28,200 bases of DNA from an uncultured bacterium (GTDB taxonomy: Bacteria > Auribacterota > UBA3054 > CAZCLS01), in the NCBI GenBank assembly GCA_964499565.1, contig CAZCLS010000005.1, positions 1 to 28,200 on the forward strand, written 5' to 3'. This document shows positions 8,056 to 16,899 of this stretch, one piece after another. Numbering within the stretch: position 1 is the first letter of the stretch; every line of letters starts with the position of its first letter. The position numbers and the translations under genes are program-made. A model generated the notes under the pieces. It searched no databases, was not told the DNA's origin, and saw only the letters and a program-made list of their open reading frames with translations.

Positions 8056-11000
8056 ATGAAAACAGATAGAATACTAACCATAGTATGCGCCCTGCTGATG
8101 GCGGGTACGGTGATATCTAATCAATATAAAGGACGCAGTGCCGTACCAGATAAAAGCACGATTGTTGTTGAAGCCGCGACGACATTGCCGCTGGCCTATG
8201 ACGTGGATGTGCTGGTTGTTGGCGGCTCGCTTGCCGGCGTAGAGGCTGCCTGCGCGGCCGCGGAACACGGTGCGAATGTCCTGCTAATCGAAGATCGCCC
8301 GTATCTGGGGTATGACCTGTGCGCGAATCAGCGGCTCTGGCTCGAACAGGGCGAGAAACTTCAAACAGCATTGACCCGGGCAATTTTCAGCACGAACGCA
8401 GTCGCGACACCCATGCAGGTGAAGACTGCTCTGGACAAGGCGCTCCTGGATGCCGGTGTTCAGTTCCTGACCGGTTGTTACGCGGTTGACGTCCTGTTTG
8501 CCGTCAAAGGAAACGCACCGGCCGGTGTGGTAATGGTGAACCGGAGCGGCCGCCAGATTATTCGCGCGAAAGTAATCATCGATGCGACGGACCAGGCGGC
8601 AATCACCCGTTGCGCGGGCGCCGGATTCCACCCGTTCACTACTGGAACCAAGGTTTTCAAGTACGTGGTGGTCGGCGGCGATCCGGCTGATGGCACGGCG
8701 TGCCGCAAACTCCCTGTCACGTACATTTCGGCATATCAGCCATGGAGGGACAAGCCGAAGGCGTTTCCTGTCTATGAGTACATTCTGAACATGGAACTGC
8801 CGGATGCCGGGTTCAGATCCCTGAACAGAGTGTTCCATGAAGCCCGTTCCCTGACCTTCACGAACGGAGTCGTGGACTACTCGGAACGCCTGTTTTACAT
8901 TCCAGAGGATGCCGTCATATCGGCCGAAACGCCGGCGAAGACGTGGCCGGGTGCGGACCGGGTCGCTTTGGGTCTTTTCCGTCCCGCGAACCTGAAGTCG
9001 TGGTACGTGCTAAGCGCCTATGCTGGTCTGTCCCGCGAGCAGATGGCGGCGGCTCTACGCCCGCCTCTGTGGGCGGTCATCGGGCGGCGGCTCGGAGAGG
9101 CGGCGGCCACCGAGGCGAGCAATGTCACCGATCGCGGCCGGATTGATGTCGCCAGCAGCAGTACAACGCAGGGTCACCTGTCGGTCAGGGAAAGCCAGAC
9201 TGATGTTCGATTCCGTGACCGGCCGCACATCACCTTGAGCGCGCATGCTCTGCCGGTGCTGGGCGATTACGATGTTGTGGTTGTGGGCGGGGGCACTTCC
9301 GGTTCTCCAGCCGCGCTGGCTGCCGCCCGCAACGGAGCCAGAACGCTGGTCATCGAGTACCTGGATGAACTAGGCGGCGTAGGTACGGCAGGGATGATCA
9401 GCCGGTACTGGTACGGCTACGGCAGCGGCGGGCAGAAGGAGCTGAGGCCGGGATACGTGAGCCCGGCAGAAAGTGGCGCCGGCTTTGCGGAAAAGACTCT
9501 GCGCAGAGGCTATGCGCGGGAAGTCGGCGAGAAAGTTGGGTCCGACTGGGTCGTAGCGGTGAAGGCTGAATGGCTGCGGCGTGAGATCCTGAAGGCCGGC
9601 GGCGAAATCTGGTTCAACTGTTTCGGTTGCGGCGCGATCATGGACGATCACAAGACGGCCGGGGTGGTGGTGGCCGGGCCGTTTGGGCGCGGCGTCGTTC
9701 TGGCAAAGACGGTTATCGACAGCACCGGCAACGCTGACATCGCGGCCGCCGCCGGCGCGGAAACGCAGTACAGCATCTCAAAGCGGGGTGACCTTTCCGT
9801 GCAGGTGGCGGGGCTCCCCCATCGTAACCTTGGCGCCAGGTACGCCAATACTGCCTTCACCTTGACAGACGATACGGACCTGTTCGATCGTTGGAATCTG
9901 CTGCTGACCGGCCGGGCGGAACGACTCTATCTTTACGACAGCGGGCAGTTGATTGACACGCGCGAGCGCCGGCGGGTGGTAAGCGACTACGTCCTCAAGA
10001 CTACCGACATCCTCAATGCCCGCACCTATCCGGACACAATCGGTCATCACCTGAGCAATTTCGACGCCGGAGCATTCCCCACCGCGGACATGCTGCTGGT
10101 GAAGGACATGAAGGGACCGGCCTTTTTCTGCGATCTGCCCTACCGGTGCCTCCTTCCCAAAGAGATCGAAGGCCTGCTGGTAACTGGCCTCGGCGCCGGC
10201 GCCGACCGGGACGCCATGACGCTGATTCGCATGCAGGCGGACCTGGAGAACCAGGGCTATGCGGCAGGCACCGCGGCGGCCATGGCGACGGGTAACGGAG
10301 GATATGTCCGCGCGGTCGATGTCACGGCCCTGCAGAAGAAACTGGTTGAGAAAGGTATCGTAGAAAAACGCGTGCTAACCGACACCGACTCGTATCCCCT
10401 CAGCATGCAGCTGCTCAAAGAGGCTGTAGTGGAATTGAAGGATCTCACGATCGAGATCAACCAGAAACGTGACAGCTATGGCCCGGCGTTCTCGGCGCTG
10501 GCAGCAGTGATGTCCCACCCGCGCCAGTCCGTTCCCTTGCTGGCGGCCGCTTATGCGAATGCGAACGAATCGCGCGCGAAACTCAACTATGCCCTTATCC
10601 TTGGCGTGATGGGCGACGACACCGGCCTGCAGACGCTGCTGGAAGCAGTTGAAGAGAACGAGACCTGGGGAAAAGGCTATAACACGAGCTCGACCCGTGA
10701 AACAGGTTATACATTCGCCGAAGTCGACCGGCTGGTGATCGCGCTTGGTTTCACCCGTTCTCCCAAGGCGCGGCCAGCATTGATCAGGAAACTGAAGCTG
10801 CTTGACGCCCGGAGCGCTTTGTCTCACGTTAAAGCCATTTGCATGGCGTTGCGCGTCAACCGCGATCCCTCGTTGGCAGTCCCACTGGCGGAATTGCTTA
10901 ACAAGCCCGGTATGGCCGGACACGCAACCCCGGCGGATTACTACCGTCCGCGCAAGCCACAGTCACCACTAGAAATTACCGTGCGCGCGGAGATAGGAGA

Positions 11001-11178
11001 ACCGCTCAACCAGAAGTTCAGAGAGGTACTCGTGGCTGCGTTGCTTTTCGACTGTGGCGACATCAATGGGCAGGGCCGCGCTATTCTCGAGGCCTACACC
11101 CGGGATGTTCAGGGCCACTTCGTCACCTACGCCAGGGCGGCCCTGGACGGGGCCTTAACTTCCAATCCAGAGCACTGA
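8056..11178 (+). CDS. FAD-dependent oxidoreductase (PF12831-type) with two tandem FAD-binding-like modules and a helical (HEAT-like) C-terminus; probable signal peptide
   Basis: Two Rossmann starts: DVDVLVVGGSLAG (8221-8238) and DYDVVVVGGGTSG (9286-9303). Also VIDSTGNAD, LPYRCLLPKEIEGLLVTG and QGYAAGTAAA. AAGGA lies upstream of the ATG; the N-terminus is hydrophobic. Confidence 0.8.
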   Translation: MKTDRILTIVCALLMAGTVISNQYKGRSAVPDKSTIVVEAATTLPLAYDVDVLVVGGSLAGVEAACAAAEHGANVLLIEDRPYLGYDLCANQRLWLEQGEKLQTALTRAIFSTNAVATPMQVKTALDKALLDAGVQFLTGCYAVDVLFAVKGNAPAGVVMVNRSGRQIIRAKVIIDATDQAAITRCAGAGFHPFTTGTKVFKYVVVGGDPADGTACRKLPVTYISAYQPWRDKPKAFPVYEYILNMELPDAGFRSLNRVFHEARSLTFTNGVVDYSERLFYIPEDAVISAETPAKTWPGADRVALGLFRPANLKSWYVLSAYAGLSREQMAAALRPPLWAVIGRRLGEAAATEASNVTDRGRIDVASSSTTQGHLSVRESQTDVRFRDRPHITLSAHALPVLGDYDVVVVGGGTSGSPAALAAARNGARTLVIEYLDELGGVGTAGMISRYWYGYGSGGQKELRPGYVSPAESGAGFAEKTLRRGYAREVGEKVGSDWVVAVKAEWLRREILKAGGEIWFNCFGCGAIMDDHKTAGVVVAGPFGRGVVLAKTVIDSTGNADIAAAAGAETQYSISKRGDLSVQVAGLPHRNLGARYANTAFTLTDDTDLFDRWNLLLTGRAERLYLYDSGQLIDTRERRRVVSDYVLKTTDILNARTYPDTIGHHLSNFDAGAFPTADMLLVKDMKGPAFFCDLPYRCLLPKEIEGLLVTGLGAGADRDAMTLIRMQADLENQGYAAGTAAAMATGNGGYVRAVDVTALQKKLVEKGIVEKRVLTDTDSYPLSMQLLKEAVVELKDLTIEINQKRDSYGPAFSALAAVMSHPRQSVPLLAAAYANANESRAKLNYALILGVMGDDTGLQTLLEAVEENETWGKGYNTSSTRETGYTFAEVDRLVIALGFTRSPKARPALIRKLKLLDARSALSHVKAICMALRVNRDPSLAVPLAELLNKPGMAGHATPADYYRPRKPQSPLEITVRAEIGEPLNQKFREVLVAALLFDCGDINGQGRAILEAYTRDVQGHFVTYARAALDGALTSNPEH

Positions 11179-11230
11179 ACACTAAAACTATCAGAAGTGA
11201 ATATAACCCGGTAGAACTATAACAATCGAC

Positions 11231-12628
11231 ATGAATGTAACTCTGAAACTTCCTGCCAGGCAGATCCCGGTCCTCCTTGATTGTGATGTGTTGGTCGTGG
11301 GAGCCGGGACAAGTGGATTCGCCGCGGCAGTCTCGGCCGCGCGTGCAGGGGTGAATACGGTTCTTGTGGAAAGAAACCATTTCCCCGGCGGTGTCGCCAC
11401 AAGCGGATTGATGTGCAGCATCAGCAATTACTTCGTGACCCGTGACGGCACACAAGTCACGACCGGCTTGCCCGTGGAATTCATCGACCGTCTCGTCGCC
11501 GGGGATGGCGCCATGAAAGATTACCTGCGCCCAACACAGCCGCAGATTCCGAATGAGCCTGAGGTAGTTAAGCGGGTCATGATTACCATGCTGAGAGAAT
11601 CGAATGTGCGTACGCTGTATGGCAGCGTGCTATGCGATATTCTCATGGATGGCGAAATCATCAAAGCGGGTGTATTCCAGGCGCGAGACCAGACCTTCGC
11701 GGTCACGGCGAAGCAGTTCGTCGATGCTTCGGGTGACCTTGCCGTCATCCGCCGGGCGGGCGGAGAATACAAGCAGAAGAATGATGCATCGACGCTTTTG
11801 AACCGAATGGCACATGTCAACATCGACAAAATCATCGACTGGTTTGAAGACAATCCCGACAGTTATTCTCCTGAACAGGATATTCCGACATCCCTTGAAG
11901 ATACGATACGAAACTGGAGGGAATACGGAGTCTTCCATCTGCCTCATGGGGGTGGAAAAAATATTCGTGTTGTCAGGGAAGCATTGGAAAACGGCGTCTA
12001 CCCGGAACAATTCGGTAAACATGTGCGCGATATCGCGGTCTTCGGCCTCTTCGCCACCCGCTGCAACAGGGGAACCGTACTGATCAACTCCAACTGGTGT
12101 TTTGGGGACTGCTACGATGTGATTGCTGAGAGTGAGCGCGAAGAGGAATCCCGTCTCCTGGCCGAAATGCAAGCTGAATTCCTGATAAAGCACTTTCCCG
12201 GATTCGAGAACGCTTATCTCGTGGAAACAGCGTGCGAGATCGGTCATAGAATATCCAGAACCTTCATCGGCAAGTCCACCCTGAGCATCAATGATTTTCT
12301 AGACGGCAAAACCTTCCCCGATGTGGTCGGTCTGGTGACTGAAGTGGATCGAAGAACGAAACCATTCGGTCTGCTCAAGAAAGCCGGCAATATCCCCCTC
12401 AGCATCATGATCGGAGACAAGCCGCTGAATGCTATTGTCGGGTCGGCCAGGAACCCGGACACTGAACGACCCGGCATGATTCGCGGTCAGGCCGGATGCC
12501 TGGTGCTTGGCCGGGGAGCTGGCGTCGCCGCCGCGGAAGCCGTCAAACAGGACGTTCCTGTCAACGCCGTCGATGTTCAAAAAGTACAAAACGAACTGCG
12601 CAGACAGAATGTGCTGCTTGAAATATGA
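11231..12628 (+). CDS. FAD-dependent oxidoreductase (PF12831-type), cytoplasmic
   Basis: DCDVLVVGAGTSGFAAAVSAAR, PGGVATSG, FVDASGD and C-terminal GRGAGVAAA. No signal peptide. Confidence 0.85.
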   Translation: MNVTLKLPARQIPVLLDCDVLVVGAGTSGFAAAVSAARAGVNTVLVERNHFPGGVATSGLMCSISNYFVTRDGTQVTTGLPVEFIDRLVAGDGAMKDYLRPTQPQIPNEPEVVKRVMITMLRESNVRTLYGSVLCDILMDGEIIKAGVFQARDQTFAVTAKQFVDASGDLAVIRRAGGEYKQKNDASTLLNRMAHVNIDKIIDWFEDNPDSYSPEQDIPTSLEDTIRNWREYGVFHLPHGGGKNIRVVREALENGVYPEQFGKHVRDIAVFGLFATRCNRGTVLINSNWCFGDCYDVIAESEREEESRLLAEMQAEFLIKHFPGFENAYLVETACEIGHRISRTFIGKSTLSINDFLDGKTFPDVVGLVTEVDRRTKPFGLLKKAGNIPLSIMIGDKPLNAIVGSARNPDTERPGMIRGQAGCLVLGRGAGVAAAEAVKQDVPVNAVDVQKVQNELRRQNVLLEI

Positions 12629-12687
12629 CCCGGCACGCAGGACGCTGCTCGCGCCGGACGTACAATAGTAACCAAGAGAACTGTACT

Positions 12688-14109
12688 ATGACACCACGAA
12701 GTAGAAGAGAATTCCTCAAGGCCGCCGGCGGCGCTATCGCGGCGCTGACTCTGCCCGGATGCGCATTCACATCGTTATCCTCCACCGTCAGCGAAAGAGA
12801 ACGGCCGAACATAATCTTCATCCTGGCCGACGATCTCGGCTATGGCGATCTCGGTTGCTACGGCAGTCCCGATATCAAAACACCACATATCAACCGCATG
12901 GCGGAGAACGGCATGAAGTTCACCGATTTCTATGTCAATGCGCCGGTATGCAGTCCCGCTCGTGCGGCCTTTTTGACAGGAAGGTCGCCGCAGCGTTGCG
13001 GAGTTGAAACGGTCTTATCGCCGGGAAATCTGGATAACGGCTTGCCCCTTAACGAGACGACACTGGCCGAACTTCTCCAGCGCGGCCGCTATGCTACCGG
13101 CATATTCGGCAAATGGCATTTGGGCTATGCCGACACGTTTAATCCTGTTAGCCGGGGCTTCGACCGTTTCATAGGCCACCTCTCGGGCTTTCTCGACTAC
13201 CATAGCCATGTGAATCCGGCCCTTGGCTATGATTGGATGGACGGTCTTGAAACGATCGAAGGCAACGGTTATTCAACCGACCTGATCGGCAAACACAGCA
13301 TCGAGTTCGTGAAGGCGAACAAGGAAAAACCCTTCTTCATGTTTGTCTCCCATCAGGCACCACATAGTCCATACCAGGGTCCCGCAGACAAACCGCAGAT
13401 CGAGTCTATCGACGGCTGTATCGTAAAAGATACCATCAAGCTTGACAGCCAGCAGCGATACGCGAAATATATCGAGATGGTCGAACATATGGATACTACC
13501 ATCGGTGATTTGCTGAATGTTCTGGAGCAGGAAGAGCTTAGCCATAGAACGCTGGTTGTATTCGTCTCGGACAACGGTCCGTCGTACCTGGCAGGAACCA
13601 CAGACGGCCTCCGGGGCGGTAAACATAATCTGTGGGAGGGTGGTATCCGTGTGCCGGCGGTTGCCTGCTGGCCCGGAAATATCAGACCGGGTTCCGTCAG
13701 CAGTCAACCGGCCACAATGGTGGACCTTTTTCCGACATTCCTGGGCCTGGCCGGGATCAAACAGCCGGATAATCTGGCGTTGGACGGTATGGATCTGGGA
13801 AAGCTGTTGCTTGAACAAAAACCGCTGCCCAATCGCACCTTGTGCTGGCGATACAGTCCTCAGAGTCAGGTCGCCGTGCGGCGGGGCAGGTGGAAATTGA
13901 TGGGTCGTTACAATAAAAAAACCAGCCAGACTGAATTCAATGCGGGTGTTGTCACGCTGTATGACCTGTCTGCTGATCCGGCTGAAGAGCATGATCTCTC
14001 GGCTCAGTTTCCAGAGATCGTTGCGGAACTCGCAGCGGCCCACGACACGTGGGAAAAAGGGATCGCCACTGACAGCAAACGAAGGGAACGCACCCGGCTT
14101 GAAACATGA
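12688..14109 (+). CDS. Cys-type (formylglycine-dependent) sulfatase, family S1, with twin-arginine signal; possible lipoprotein
   Basis: RPNIIFILADDLG, CSPARAAFLTG (Cys at 12949-12951), GKWHLG, SDNG and WEGGIRVP. I moved the start from 12625 to the ATG at 12688 because it gives a canonical Tat motif, SRREFLK, followed by LPGC. Confidence 0.92.
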   Translation: MTPRSRREFLKAAGGAIAALTLPGCAFTSLSSTVSERERPNIIFILADDLGYGDLGCYGSPDIKTPHINRMAENGMKFTDFYVNAPVCSPARAAFLTGRSPQRCGVETVLSPGNLDNGLPLNETTLAELLQRGRYATGIFGKWHLGYADTFNPVSRGFDRFIGHLSGFLDYHSHVNPALGYDWMDGLETIEGNGYSTDLIGKHSIEFVKANKEKPFFMFVSHQAPHSPYQGPADKPQIESIDGCIVKDTIKLDSQQRYAKYIEMVEHMDTTIGDLLNVLEQEELSHRTLVVFVSDNGPSYLAGTTDGLRGGKHNLWEGGIRVPAVACWPGNIRPGSVSSQPATMVDLFPTFLGLAGIKQPDNLALDGMDLGKLLLEQKPLPNRTLCWRYSPQSQVAVRRGRWKLMGRYNKKTSQTEFNAGVVTLYDLSADPAEEHDLSAQFPEIVAELAAAHDTWEKGIATDSKRRERTRLET

Positions 14110-14150
14110 ATGATAGTGTAACTACTAACCTCAGCGCAGGAAAACGACGA

Positions 14151-16865
14151 ATGAACCAAACACCTATCATGTTCGACCGCGGTGACCATGGCATATCAGC
14201 AATCCGCAGCCCGCAGGATCCGTTCGGTGCGCCGGTCACCTCCCCTGAGGAACCGCTCGGTCTGCTGGTGCGCTACCGCCCGCTTGAGGGAGATTGGTGT
14301 GAACACCGCAGTAGCGATCTTGTAATTCAAGACGCACCTGACGTTTCCACCGCCGAGTATGCATTGAAGGATACAGACACACTTTTGCAGATTATGCAGT
14401 CCTTTCGTTCCGGCAACCATGTTCTCGATTGGGAAATAGCGCTTCAGAACCAATCTGAAATACCACTGGAGATCGGCGACCTGGCGATTGCGATTCCAAT
14501 CGTTGCTCCCAGCCGGCGCGAGAGCGTAGAGTGGAATTATAAACACGGTTTTACGACCCATCGTTTCATTGCGGGAAACGGTTCGTTCCTGTATTATACC
14601 CGCGCATCAGGCGCGCCGCCGTTCCTGGTCGTCACCGTGCAGCCCGGAACGCATCTCGAGTATTTCGACCGCAGCGATGAACAGCGGTATGAATTGCTGT
14701 ACATCCATTCCAGTCTCGCCGGAAACGCGCAATCGCGCGGCACCTGGCGCCAGGAACATACCGCGCGGCACCTGGGGCCGCAAGGATCGAATAACGCTGA
14801 AGTCCGGTACGGCTTCCGTTTTCAATTTGCCGATTCCTATGATGAAATGCGTGAGATCCTTTTCCGGGAAGGTCTGTTTGACATTCGTGCCGTCCCGGGT
14901 ATGACGATCCCGGAGGATTTAACCGCCCGCTTTTCTCTGCACACGCAAGCACAGTTAGAAGCAATTGAGGCGGAGTTCCCGGACGAGACCGTTATCACTT
15001 TTCTCGGTGAAACTCTGCCCGATCATCACGTCTGCGAAGTGTTATTCAAGCACCTGGGCGAAAACATGCTGACTATCCGCCACGATGGCGGGCGCCGCAC
15101 CTGTCTGGAATACTTTGTTACCGAGCCGCTCGAGACACTGATCAAGAAGCGCGCGGCGTTCATCGTTGACCGCCAGCAGATCCGTGATCCGGACAAATGG
15201 TGGGACGGTGTATACGGTCCGTATGACATGAACGCCGGCGTCGTGCGCACGATTGACGATCCCGACATCTTCACCGGCGGCCGCTGCTACGTGCTGACCT
15301 GCGACGATCCCGGCCTGTGCAAGGCGCCCTACATCGCCGCCAAAAACGTCAGCTTTCCGAACCGCGCGGAGATCGAAAGCCTGGAATATTACCTTGAGCA
15401 TTTTGTCTGGGGCAAAATGCAGCGCACGGACGCAGAAGAACCCTATCCCTATGGCATCTATGGCACGCCGCACTGGTACAGCAACCGCGATCCTGACCGG
15501 CGCAAGGCCTGGACCGATCAGAACCTGGACAAAGAACATGTCTGGCGTTCCTACGATTACCCGCATTTCATCATGCTCTACTATCATTTATACGAGATCG
15601 CCTCGAAGTATCCTGAAATGTCTAAATACCTTGACGCAGCCGGCTATCTGGAGCGCGCCTACGGCACAGCAAAAGCTTTTTTCGAATATCCCTACCGTAT
15701 CATTCCGACCTATTATGAAACGTACAAACTGGGCCTGTACAATGAACTGCTTGTACTGCCGCTGATTGACGCCCTGGAACGCGAGGGATTCCCCGACCGC
15801 GCCGCCTGGCTGCGAGACGAGTGGGAGAAAAAGGTCAAGTACTTCGTGTACGATGATCCCTATCCGTATGCTTCGGAATTCACCTTCGACCGTACTGCGT
15901 TTGAAACCACGTATGCACTCGCGAAATACGGCACGACACGTGATATGCGCCCCGACCGGCATCTCTGGTGGGACGTGAAATGTCGGCGGTGGTATTCGCA
16001 TCCGTTGGTCCGCCGCGAGAACTCGCGTGATTTCATGGAACACCAGTTAGCGGCATGTCTGGCCGTGCGCGGCTGGCTGGAGGCTTCGTACTATCAACTC
16101 GGATCTGACCCCCATATGAGCTACATGGCCGCCATGGGGGGCTGGGGCATTCTTGATTATGCCCTTTGCTTTGCCGACGAACCGTGGGATTGGCTCCAGC
16201 TTGGCTACGCCTCCTACTTGAGTTCCTGGTCGCTGATGAATACCGGCCGGCGGCAAACAGATTACGGCTTCTGGTCTCCCGGTAAACACAACGACGGCGC
16301 CGCCGGCTGGCAGTTCATGCACGAGAAGTTCGGTCATGCCTGGATGGGAACTGATGTTCCGCGCGGCCCCTGGCATTACGATGGTGAGATCGACCTTGGC
16401 TTCGGCGCCGCGCTGCGGATGGCTGCAACCGTCGTGACACGCGATCCGGTCTTCGGTTGGATTGCCTATGGCGGCGAAGCACGGGAAAAAGAAAAAGAGC
16501 TGGCGGTCGTTCCACGGGACGGTCTGCGCCGGCGTTTTGCGGCTGTTGTTCAGGATCGTGAGCTTCCCTGGCCTCGTGCCAGGCGACTCAAAATCGAGCT
16601 CGAACGCGACGGATTTGCCGCGAATGAAGCAATTATCATGAACACCGATTTGTCTAAAATTTTCTTTACATTGGAGAATCGTTCAGCAGATGTGCATCGC
16701 TGCGGCGTAGTGCTCTCTGTGCCGGCCGGGATGCAGGTTACCATAGTGCGGGACGGAAAGTCCATTGCGGTGTCAAAGTCTGATGATTGGGATTATCCCT
16801 GGCGGGCGGAAATTGAAATGGGCGCTGAACCGTGCCGGATCGAAATTATTCAGGCTTCCCTGTGA
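14151..16865 (+). CDS. DUF5695-like putative glycoside hydrolase
   Basis: Motifs recalled as typical of DUF5695: WRSYDYPH, YPYASEFTFDRTAFE, SYMAAMGGWGILDY, YASYLSSW, NDGAAGWQF, YDGEIDLG. The start is either 14106 (ATGA overlap with the sulfatase stop) or 14151 (AGGA upstream). No signal peptide. Confidence 0.65.
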   Translation: MNQTPIMFDRGDHGISAIRSPQDPFGAPVTSPEEPLGLLVRYRPLEGDWCEHRSSDLVIQDAPDVSTAEYALKDTDTLLQIMQSFRSGNHVLDWEIALQNQSEIPLEIGDLAIAIPIVAPSRRESVEWNYKHGFTTHRFIAGNGSFLYYTRASGAPPFLVVTVQPGTHLEYFDRSDEQRYELLYIHSSLAGNAQSRGTWRQEHTARHLGPQGSNNAEVRYGFRFQFADSYDEMREILFREGLFDIRAVPGMTIPEDLTARFSLHTQAQLEAIEAEFPDETVITFLGETLPDHHVCEVLFKHLGENMLTIRHDGGRRTCLEYFVTEPLETLIKKRAAFIVDRQQIRDPDKWWDGVYGPYDMNAGVVRTIDDPDIFTGGRCYVLTCDDPGLCKAPYIAAKNVSFPNRAEIESLEYYLEHFVWGKMQRTDAEEPYPYGIYGTPHWYSNRDPDRRKAWTDQNLDKEHVWRSYDYPHFIMLYYHLYEIASKYPEMSKYLDAAGYLERAYGTAKAFFEYPYRIIPTYYETYKLGLYNELLVLPLIDALEREGFPDRAAWLRDEWEKKVKYFVYDDPYPYASEFTFDRTAFETTYALAKYGTTRDMRPDRHLWWDVKCRRWYSHPLVRRENSRDFMEHQLAACLAVRGWLEASYYQLGSDPHMSYMAAMGGWGILDYALCFADEPWDWLQLGYASYLSSWSLMNTGRRQTDYGFWSPGKHNDGAAGWQFMHEKFGHAWMGTDVPRGPWHYDGEIDLGFGAALRMAATVVTRDPVFGWIAYGGEAREKEKELAVVPRDGLRRRFAAVVQDRELPWPRARRLKIELERDGFAANEAIIMNTDLSKIFFTLENRSADVHRCGVVLSVPAGMQVTIVRDGKSIAVSKSDDWDYPWRAEIEMGAEPCRIEIIQASL

Positions 16866-16899
16866 CCGATTACTTTGTTCACCAGGGGAGTATATAATC

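Noticed and set aside
12625-12687. N-terminal extension of the sulfatase from the ATGA overlap
   Set aside because: It would bury the Tat motif more than 20 residues deep. The ATG at 12688 gives a normal signal peptide.
16765-16899. 45-aa N-terminal extension of GH2
   Set aside because: It overlaps the upstream gene by about 100 nt and has no GH2 similarity. A good ribosome-binding site precedes ATG 16900.
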